Assembly: GCA_010405405.1 (NCBI GenBank) | Contig: MU004238.1 | Span: 1,747,530 to 1,811,529 of the forward strand | Direction of reading: 5' to 3' | Length of the DNA: 64,000 nt | Source: Microthyrium microscopicum | Taxonomy: Eukaryota | Shown: positions 23,883 to 31,694 of the stretch, piece by piece | Numbering within the stretch: the first letter of the stretch is position 1 | Layout of the letters: every line of letters starts with the position of its first letter | The notes under the pieces: model-generated | What the model was told of the DNA's origin: nothing | What the model saw: only the letters and a program-made list of their open reading frames with translations | Database searches by the model: none | Program-made: the position numbers and the translations under genes

Positions 23883-24611
23883 ATGGCGTCAATCTATACC
23901 AATGAGACACCAGATGTGGTCAAAAACGCCAAAGGTATCCACCTCATCACTCAAAGCACACCCAATGGCCAAAAAGTCCAAATTTTCCTGGAAGAACTAG
24001 CCGCCAAATATGGCACGGAATTTACATACAATGCCATCAACATCGGCACCAACGAGCAAAAGTCCGACTACTTCCTACGCATCAATCCAAATGGACGTAT
24101 CCCAGTGATAGTCGACAACACCGTCTCACCACCATTCCCAGTCATGGAGACATCAGCTCAACTAGTCTATCTCCAAGAAAAGTACGACAAGGACAACCTC
24201 TTTGCCTTCACCGATCCACTTGAGCAAAGCGAGCTGTTCCAATGGCTCTTCTTCTGGCACGGCAGCGGAGCTCCATATCAAGGACAGACCAATCATTTCC
24301 TACGCGCTGCACCTGAGAAGATCCCATATGCCATCAAGCGCTACAAGGACGAGACGCTCCGTGTATGGGGCGTCTTAGAGATCCGATTGAGCGGCAAGTA
24401 CACCGGCGAACCTCGCGAGTATCTTGCAGGTAAAGGAAAGGGCAAGTACTCGCTTGCAGATATCGGTACTTGGGCGTGGGTCAAGGGCTGGAAGATGAGC
24501 TTTTCTGAGGAGGAATTTGCTTTCCCACATTTGTTGAAGTGGATTGATAGGATAGCGGAGCGAGAGGCGACGAAGATTGGTATCAGTGATAAATATTCAT
24601 TGAAGAAATGA
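23883..24611 (+). CDS. Glutathione S-transferase (Ure2/YfcG/YghU-like)
   Basis: TPNGQKVQIFLEEL, INPNGRIPVIVD, METSAQLVYL, YSLADIGTWAWV. ATG 23883 is in good context (acgATGg). A TATA-like ctataaaa lies near 23712. Confidence 0.94.
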   Translation: MASIYTNETPDVVKNAKGIHLITQSTPNGQKVQIFLEELAAKYGTEFTYNAINIGTNEQKSDYFLRINPNGRIPVIVDNTVSPPFPVMETSAQLVYLQEKYDKDNLFAFTDPLEQSELFQWLFFWHGSGAPYQGQTNHFLRAAPEKIPYAIKRYKDETLRVWGVLEIRLSGKYTGEPREYLAGKGKGKYSLADIGTWAWVKGWKMSFSEEEFAFPHLLKWIDRIAEREATKIGISDKYSLKK

Positions 24612-24989
24612 GTGTTTGATGTTTAAGTACATAAAAATGCAGACTGTTACAGTTGACCTTCGTCTGCCAAAAAATTGTACTCAGTGATCCTAAAACATTA
24701 CCAAAGGAGTGTGGTCGTAGGGAGATAGATATTCATGATGTCCAGCAAGATGTGTTCTCATAACGAAGTTTTTTTTCTTCTCACTTTCTTCCGACCTTTC
24801 ACCACAGAACCATACTCCCAACCTCAAGCAATCGAATGCACCAAAACTTCAGCCTCCATCCTAAGATCCGGTTGAAGATTGAGTATTAGCAGCTGGGCCG
24901 CTTGGCCACGTGTGTATCGTTAAAGCGAGATGAGATTGAGAGACTGGCTGGCGATGCTGAACTCGGTAGAACAATTTCAGTCGTGAAGG

Positions 24990-25193
24990 CTATTTCTTTT
25001 TCGGTAGCTCTTTCGGTGGCAGACGGGCTTTGTGAGCAGCGTGTCCTGCATTGTCATTGACAGGTGCCAGCAACATGCCCTTTGAGCAAGTTTTTGTTGT
25101 CACTGCCCGCTGGTCCTTGAGCCCGGTGGTTTTGTTGTAGGAATCATAGATGGGTGTCGAGTTGCTGCCGGATTGCTGATCCTTTGGAGCCAT
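24990..25193 (-). CDS. Small basic orphan protein (67 aa)
   Basis: ORF with strong start context (acaATGg). It is preceded by a TATA at about 25342 and the same leader hairpin as the two neighbouring orphan genes. No domain recognised. Confidence 0.55.
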   Translation of the reverse strand: MAPKDQQSGSNSTPIYDSYNKTTGLKDQRAVTTKTCSKGMLLAPVNDNAGHAAHKARLPPKELPKKK

Positions 25194-25260
25194 TGTAGTT
25201 GTGAATGAGATTGTTTTGCGAATTGATTTCTTGGTGTAGAACGTGATGCTGTTTGACAGA

Positions 25261-25277
25261 TTAGATACCTGATCTAA
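25261..25277 (-). promoter_or_regulatory. 5'-leader stem-loop UUAGAU-CAGGU-AUCUAA (Smaug/Vts1 recognition element-like)
   Basis: 6-bp perfect stem with a CNGGN pentaloop on the coding strand. Confidence 0.65.
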
Positions 25278-25554
25278 GATGAAGTGTTTTTGATGACCGA
25301 AGAATGGAAACCAGCAATTGAAGGACTAAGGCATGTCTTATAGAGTTTTCGAACACTGTGAACAAACGTTGACGTTTGAATTTTGGTAGGGAAGTTGGCG
25401 ACATGCGATCAGTCTATGATCGAACGGCTCCGTTTGATACGCAAAGGTGAAAATGATTACAAACGAATCAATTCACTGTTGCGAAAATTGGAGCATTGGT
25501 ACTCGGCTGGCTGCACAAAAATAGTCGTTGTCCTGAATCGTTGCGGCTACTACT

Positions 25555-27387
25555 CTAGTTCACTTGTTCGTCCTGACCATGAGTTTTGAGGCTTGAACAC
25601 TTCCTTTTCGGCTCTTTCTCGATAGGATAACAACAAGGCATATCCAAAGTCTCGGGCATCTCCAGTGGGATGGGTTCCTTGGCACGGGCCCATTCCTCGA
25701 ATGGATCAAAGAGCTCCCAGGGGCCCGAGATAGTCGCACTCATTCCAGGCCTGTGGTCTTCGCTGACTTTCGCCTGGTCACTGTGGTCTTCGCTGACTTT
25801 CGCCTGGTCACTGTGGTCTTCGCTGACTTTCGCCTGGTCACTGTGGTCTTCGCTGACTTTCGCCTGGTCACTGTGATCTTCGCTGATTGTCTTCTGGTTA
25901 CTTCGGTCTGCTAGGCACTTACGTGGTATTTGAAAATCATTGGAAGGGCCGCCAAACCGTGGAGATTGAACACGTACTTCGACAGACTGAGGAGATGTTT
26001 GAGACGCATACGGGGAAGAATACTGAGAAACATGTTCAGCCGAGTACGGAGCCGCAGATTGAGGAGCATATGGAGAAGCTGATTTTGCAGGAAGTTCGAT
26101 AGACTGAGGAGTTGTTTGAGACGAATACGGCGAAGAATATTCAGAAACATGTTCAGCCGAGTACGGAGCCGCAGACCGAGAATCATATGGAGAAGCTGAT
26201 ATTGCAGGTAGTTCGCTAGACTGAGGAGATGTTCGAGACGCATATTGAGAAGAATATTGAGAAACATGTTCAGCAGAATATGGAGCTACAGACTCAGGAG
26301 TATATGGAGAAGCTGATTGAGCAGGTAGCTCTAAAGACTGAGGTGATGTTCGAGACGCATACTCAGAGGGATATTGAGAAACATATTCAGCAGCATACGG
26401 AATCGTAGGTTGAGAGTCATACTGAGCCGTGTACGGCAGAGCATATGGAGAAGCTGATTGAGTCGTACATGGACGGTCATATGGAGATGTTGTTCGGGCG
26501 GCATACTGATGATACTGATGATCCTGATGTGAAGTAGCATGAACCGCATACTGCTGTTCATATTGAGAAGCTGGTTGAGTCGTGTCTTGATAATCATATT
26601 GAGAAGCTGATTGAGCCGCATACCCAGGAGCTGATTGAGCAGTGTAATGACCACCTTGAGAAGCCGAACGAGCCGCAAACTGAGGAATAAATGGAAAAGC
26701 CGATTGAGCCGTAAACTGAGGACTATATGGAGACCCGAATTGAGAAACTGATTGAGAAACTGATTGAGCCGGATACTGTGAATCAGATTGAGCTGGATAC
26801 TGTGGATCACATTGAGCCAGATACTGCGAAGCTGATTGATGAGCCAGTTGAGCCGTGTACTGTGGATCACATTGAGCTGAATACTCTGGATCAGATTGAG
26901 CCGGATACTGAGAAGCTGATTGATGAGCTGGTTGAGCCGTATACTGAATATCATCTTGAGAAACTGATTGAGGCGGATACTTTGCATCAGATTGAGGCGG
27001 ATACTGAGAAGCTGATTGATGAGCTGGTTGAGCCGTATACTGAATATCATCTTGAGAAACGGATTGAGGCGGATACTTTGCATCAGATTGAACCGGATAC
27101 CGAGAAGCTGATTGATGAGCTGGTTGAGCAGTATACTGAATATTATCTTGAGAAGCTGTTTGAGGCGGATACTTTGCATCAGATTGAGCTGGATACTGAG
27201 GAGCCAGCTGAGTTGTATACTGAACATCATCTTGAGAAGCTGATTGAGGCAGATACTGACGAGCTGATTGAGGCGGACATGGAGGAGCAGGGTTAGGATC
27301 AGACTGAAATCCATACCGTCGAACAAATCGACGAATGGGAGATGGAGTACCAGGGATGAGACATGAGGGAAATTCACGATATGACAT
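25555..27387 (-). CDS. Orphan Ser/Gln/Pro/Ala/Tyr-rich repetitive protein (610 aa)
   Basis: Long uninterrupted ORF with in-frame repeat units of 96, 117 and 30 nt, plus upstream TATA and leader hairpins. No signal peptide or domain recognised. Confidence 0.75.
   Translation of the reverse strand: MSYREFPSCLIPGTPSPIRRFVRRYGFQSDPNPAPPCPPQSARQYLPQSASQDDVQYTTQLAPQYPAQSDAKYPPQTASQDNIQYTAQPAHQSASRYPVQSDAKYPPQSVSQDDIQYTAQPAHQSASQYPPQSDAKYPPQSVSQDDIQYTAQPAHQSASQYPAQSDPEYSAQCDPQYTAQLAHQSASQYLAQCDPQYPAQSDSQYPAQSVSQSVSQFGSPYSPQFTAQSAFPFIPQFAARSASQGGHYTAQSAPGYAAQSASQYDYQDTTQPASQYEQQYAVHATSHQDHQYHQYAARTTSPYDRPCTTQSASPYALPYTAQYDSQPTIPYAAEYVSQYPSEYASRTSPQSLELPAQSASPYTPESVAPYSAEHVSQYSSQYASRTSPQSSELPAISASPYDSRSAAPYSAEHVSEYSSPYSSQTTPQSIELPAKSASPYAPQSAAPYSAEHVSQYSSPYASQTSPQSVEVRVQSPRFGGPSNDFQIPRKCLADRSNQKTISEDHSDQAKVSEDHSDQAKVSEDHSDQAKVSEDHSDQAKVSEDHRPGMSATISGPWELFDPFEEWARAKEPIPLEMPETLDMPCCYPIEKEPKRKCSSLKTHGQDEQVN
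25751..25886. repeat. Perfect 30-nt minisatellite x4 plus partial (encodes SEDHSDQAKV)
   Basis: ctgtggtcttcgctgactttcgcctggtca repeated four times, then a partial variant copy. Confidence 0.97.
25984..26460. repeat. Imperfect 117-nt (39-aa) coding tandem repeat, about 4 copies
   Basis: Anchor agactgagg recurs at 25984, 26101, 26218 and 26335. Confidence 0.9.
26750..27275. repeat. Imperfect 96-nt (32-aa) coding tandem repeat built from 12/24-nt subunits
   Basis: Anchor gagctggttgagc recurs at 26925, 27021 and 27117. Subunits gattgag / gatactg occur throughout. Confidence 0.9.
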
Positions 27388-27402
27388 GATGGTAAAGAGA
27401 AG

Positions 27403-27417
27403 TAGATACCAGATCTA
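27403..27417 (-). promoter_or_regulatory. 5'-leader stem-loop UAGAU-CUGGU-AUCUA (SRE-like)
   Basis: 5-bp stem with CNGGN loop, 15 nt upstream of ATG 27387. Confidence 0.65.
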
Positions 27418-27474
27418 AGCGGAGGTGTTCTGGATGCTGAAAGAGCTTTGATTGGAACTTTGAAGATGCAAAAA

Positions 27475-27491
27475 TTAGATACCAGATCTAA
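27475..27491 (-). promoter_or_regulatory. 5'-leader stem-loop UUAGAU-CUGGU-AUCUAA (SRE-like)
   Basis: 6-bp stem with CNGGN loop, 65 nt downstream of the TATA at 27556. Confidence 0.65.
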
Positions 27492-27729
27492 GTCCATATA
27501 TTGTTGATGAGTGAAGCGTCAAGACCAGCCATTGAAGAACTGAAGCAGGCTATATACAGCCATTGAACAGAAGACTCAAACGGAAACCTTGAAATCTGTT
27601 TGAGAAATTAGTAGATCCCTACCAAAACAGAGTCCAACGGCTCTGTTTGATGCTGTGAGATGAACTAACCTCAAACGAACGTATTGCTGCTAGAAAAGAT
27701 AACCGGCATCCATCTGGCTGAGCACACCG

Positions 27730-28242
27730 TTATTTGGACGACGACTTGTAAGCTTTGTAGGCTGCCTTGCCCAATTTCACAGCCATGCTGCCCTTAGAGT
27801 TGGTCTTCTTAGTGCGTGGGCTATTGTTGCTAGTCGTCGAAGTGCTGTTCCCGAGGAGAGGTGTGACGGTTTCCACTGCGGTGGCCGCAAAGCCAGCGAT
27901 CTCTTTTCCGTGATCTTTGACGAAGCTCATCCCTTGACGGAGACGATGCTTGGAAGCTGTTGCTTCGAGTGGAACATCGTTTGGAAGAGATGCCGTTTGG
28001 GTGACATTAGCTGGTCTTGGTGGTAAGGCTTTTGGGAGAAGTGGCTCAGATTCCGATCTGGTCGTCGTTTGGTGATAGCCCATGCCGTCAAGTTTATCCT
28101 GCTCCCTCAGTTCTTCTGTGCTTGAATACGGTTGTTCTATCAATTGAGTCGTAGCAGGTCCAAACGACACGACCTTTTTGGGTTTGGACTCAGTTTCGCT
28201 GGTAGGCTCGGCTTTGAATGCGGACTTAATGTGGTTGAGCAT
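27730..28242 (-). CDS. Orphan Lys/Ser/Thr-rich protein (170 aa)
   Basis: ORF with good start context (aacATG), TATAAA at 28336 and a leader hairpin. Contains KVVSF, resembling an RVxF PP1-docking motif. No domain recognised. Confidence 0.7.
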   Translation of the reverse strand: MLNHIKSAFKAEPTSETESKPKKVVSFGPATTQLIEQPYSSTEELREQDKLDGMGYHQTTTRSESEPLLPKALPPRPANVTQTASLPNDVPLEATASKHRLRQGMSFVKDHGKEIAGFAATAVETVTPLLGNSTSTTSNNSPRTKKTNSKGSMAVKLGKAAYKAYKSSSK

Positions 28243-28256
28243 GTTGATGGAGTTGA

Positions 28257-28273
28257 TTAGATGCCAGATCTAA
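28257..28273 (-). promoter_or_regulatory. 5'-leader stem-loop UUAGAU-CUGGC-AUCUAA (SRE-like)
   Basis: 6-bp stem with the CUGGC loop of the canonical Smaug element, 14 nt upstream of ATG 28242. Confidence 0.68.
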
Positions 28274-28568
28274 AGGGAAGTATAATAGTATTGTTGGAGT
28301 ATAAAGAATCATAGCTGGCGGATCAAGGGCTTTATACAGCGATCCAGCGTGACAATGGGCTGGACTTGTTGGCTGACAGTAACAAAGCACCCACAGACTG
28401 TGGTAGCTTTGTTGGTATCAAAGCGAACGGATCGCTCAGGAGAGAAAGTCACAGGAGATAGAACTGTCAGCAATCAGCTTTGTTCTCTGTTCTGCATCAT
28501 TTGCACCAGTGACTGGCAATGGTTGATATTGATCATATCTTGGGTTTAGCTTTTACTGTCTGAATCGT

Positions 28569-29686
28569 TCACAATGATTTCAGTAATTCGTTTACAGCTG
28601 TATTGGCGAACCGTTTTCTCTCTGCTTCAGGCATCGCTGAACTGGTGTCTGTGACTTCTGTTAGCATGTCGTCTGGATTTGTTTAATTATCAATGACTGC
28701 ATGGCAGAACACGACATTCGCCGCAGATACTTGCCTTTTATCGCTTGCAGTTGAGACATCATCTTCTCCAGCCCTTCCACCTGTAACTCTTCATCTTCAA
28801 GCTGACCGCCATCTCCGCCATGTGCAATAGAGCTCTTCAGTCCGAGCAATTCGGACCCCATCTCAGCCTCCTCTGCGGCAAACGTAGACGAGAAGTCTAT
28901 TTCTTCATCAGGATCATCGAAGTCGCCAAAGTCCAGATCATCGTCACCATTCCAGTCAGTTGCTTCGATGGCCTCCTGTAGCCGCTCTACGCCAGCTGGC
29001 TCTACGCTCATATCAGCACTAAATTCCCTAAGATCTCTGGCTAAGAGGAGATGAGGTTACTTACCACCAAACTCATTCCGCCCTTTCGCTTCCGAATCAA
29101 TATACTCAAACCCAAACTCCCTACATACATCATCCCATTCATCATATGGCTTATCCAGGTAAGGCGTAATACTCTGGGGCGTGACTACAGCCAAACACGT
29201 TCCATCCCAGCCATACCCCGCCGCCTTCTCGATGACAGTCTGAATAGCTTTGATCGTGGCCTTCACACTTTCCTAAACACACCATTAATATCACCCAAAT
29301 TAACCCCCTTATTGGGTGGAGAAGCTTACAAAGTCCTCCTGCGTGACTGGGCGCCGAAAGCAGTAAATCCAAGCCCCTAGCGAAGTAATGACCTCTCGCG
29401 CTTCAGTCTTCGAAAATTCGGTAGTCCATTCATCCAGAGAAGATATTTCGTCGATCCATATTGGTAGGTCGGCGGTGTAGTAGTTTGTTTTGATGGCCCA
29501 GATGTGGGAGAGACCGGCGGTGGAATTGTCGACTGGAGCGGGCGATGAGCCGCATAGACCTGTAATGTCGTTAGATCATTCGATGGCTTTGTGAAAGGGG
29601 GTTTGGGACGGACTGGTGAGGAGTTCTAAGACACCTGTGTCGGGTGCTCCGAGGAGTAATATTCGTCGTGGTCGTTTTATGTCCAT
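28569..29686 (-). CDS. IRC6: Alpha/gamma-adaptin-binding protein p34 (AAGAB/Irc6 family), multi-exon
   Basis: Manual splice: MDIKRPRRILLLGAP...WAIKTNYYTADLPIWIDEI...WDDVCREFGFEYID...GRNEFG...GVERLQEAIEATDW...LEKMMSQLQAIK...MPEAERKRFANTAVNELLKSL*. Confidence 0.87.
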
Positions 29687-30094
29687 GTTTGTGTAGGGGA
29701 ATGGTTTGAGGGATGGAAGTTAAGAGACGGATCTTACGATTTATTGGTGGCCAAACCACACGATTAAAAGCAACAACCACTTAGCTTTCGAGATCAGAGA
29801 TAGTATTGCTTTTGCATCAAGAAGATATCTTGATTCTAAAAATATTTGATATGTGCCATTAATCAATATTCATTCATTGTAAGTCAAAGCCTGTAGCGAT
29901 ATCTTCTAGGCCGGCCATTTTCATCATCAGTTTGAGATCTTCTACATCCCACCTGGAAATCGGCATGACCTTTCAAGTTTGTCATCCAGAGGAAGCGAAT
30001 TCAACCATTCCGAACATATCGTCGGAGCATCGCTCCACTGAGTTCTTGAGACCCCAAAATCAAAGTAGCAATTTCACCCTCCATCCATCAATGC

Positions 30095-30641
30095 TCAAGG
30101 ACCGCCCCGCCCTCCACCACCACCACGACCCATCGATTGTCCTCTCGCTCTGCTAACCGTCGCCCGACCTCTAGCCAAGCCAACACCACGTCCCTTGCGA
30201 TCCTTCTGTCTGAACATCGGCGCATTCCTAACAACCAGTAAGTATGTATGTCGTAGCAACCGTAATGGCTAAAGATAAGTGGTCGTACCGTAACATATCA
30301 GGCACAATGAAAAACCGCACATGCGATCCACGAATATACACCTGATCCAAATGCGACACGCGACCGTCTCGTGCAGTCACGGTAATATCTTTGAGTTGTA
30401 CGTTCATGTTGTCTTCGGCTACACCAGCAATCAGTAAACATGTTTTTCGAGGCGGTATAGTTTGCGCGCACCTTCTAGGAGCTTGCCGCGGTAGACTTGG
30501 CCGGAGGAGAGTTCGAGTGTAACGACATGGCCCTGGGAATGCGCATTAGTACAAGCTCTCGGTGAGTGAGTGGGGAGGGGGAGGAGTGCGTACTGTAGCT
30601 TCGTTGAGTAGTTTGATGGGGATACCGATCGTGCTGGTCAT
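30095..30641 (-). CDS. SMD3: Small nuclear ribonucleoprotein Sm D3, 4 exons
   Basis: Manual splice: [83 protein letters not shown]...RG-rich tail. Missed by the ORF track. Confidence 0.96.
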
Positions 30642-30870
30642 CTTCGCGATAGTATGAGAATATGGGAGAGCGAAGAGGAGGTGGTATTAGTTTGGAATTG
30701 GCGAGAGTTTTTGGGTGTTGAAATTCTGTGGAAGGCTGCAGCTCGAAAATGAGAGCTTGTGACTTTAGGGTTGAGAAGGAGTGAACCCTAACGCGGCTGT
30801 CTCTTCTCAACGCGATTGATTGATTCAAGAGCAACGTCATTGAAGAAGAGCAATATTTAAGATCTTTGAA

Positions 30871-31667
30871 ATGACTTGGTTGAATTTCTCTGGTACGGTG
30901 AATGCGTTTCGGCTACTTCGAGATCCCTCCTTGTGTCTGCCTCATCACACAGTCTCGACCTTCAACTCTCTGCCCATTCCATTGACCAAGGCACTACAGA
31001 AACAGCATGACAAGAGCGAACTGGATATTCGGGCCGTTGTGCTAGATAAAGACAACTGTTTTGCTGTTCCACACAGCAATGAGGTCTACGAAGGATATAA
31101 GGTAGATCTCTACTCGTTCACAAGCTCACACAGAAAAACTGACAGCAATGTAGGTCAAGTTTAGGCAATTACGGGAAGCATATCCTGGATCAAAGCTACT
31201 AATTGTCTCCAATACGGCGGGTACATCATCAGATAAGAACCACGCTGAGGCGGCCTTACTGGAGAAGAATACTGGAGTAGCTGTGCTGCGTCATGACACC
31301 AAGGTATATGATGAGACGAGCCACTGCTGGAATATTTACTCATTGCTACTAGAAACCTGGCTGCCATGAAGAAGTAATGCGCTATCTGCGAAAATCTGAT
31401 GCTGGAGTGACTTCACCGTCTCAAGTGGCCATTGTTGGTGATCGACTACTCACTGACATGATGCTCGCGAACACGATGGGCTCCTATGGATTTTGGATTC
31501 GCGATGGCGTGAAAGAAGCAGGCATACGGCCGAGTTTCGTGAGTTCAATATTCCATGCCTGTTCTAAGCCTAATCGTTCACAGATTGCCCGCATGGAAGG
31601 TCGGTTGGCGACGTTCCTCTTTCGGCGTCGCTTCATTCCACAAAATCCGACCAGTCCATTTGAATGA
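30871..31667 (+). CDS. GEP4: Mitochondrial phosphatidylglycerophosphatase (HAD IIIA), 4 exons
   Basis: PSLCLPH, HAD motif VVLDKDNCF, LLIVSNTAG, KKPGC, VAIVGDRLLTDMMLAN. Confidence 0.92.
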
Positions 31668-31694
31668 GAATTCTTCAACACTGCTTGCATTATA

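Noticed and set aside
11336..24611. KEP gene as part of a dikaritin/RiPP biosynthetic cluster with the M13 peptidase and GST
   Set aside because: No DUF3328/UstYa (HxxHC) oxidase, tyrosinase or transporter is next to it, the cores lack aromatic residues for cross-linking, and unrelated genes separate it from the peptidase.
25751..25886. 30-nt repeats as a CRISPR-like array
   Set aside because: Head-to-tail copies with no unique spacers, in frame inside a fungal ORF.
26727..27296. 189-aa plus-strand ORF (EKLIE repeats)
   Set aside because: Antisense shadow of the coding repeats. The promoter and leader signals point to the minus strand.
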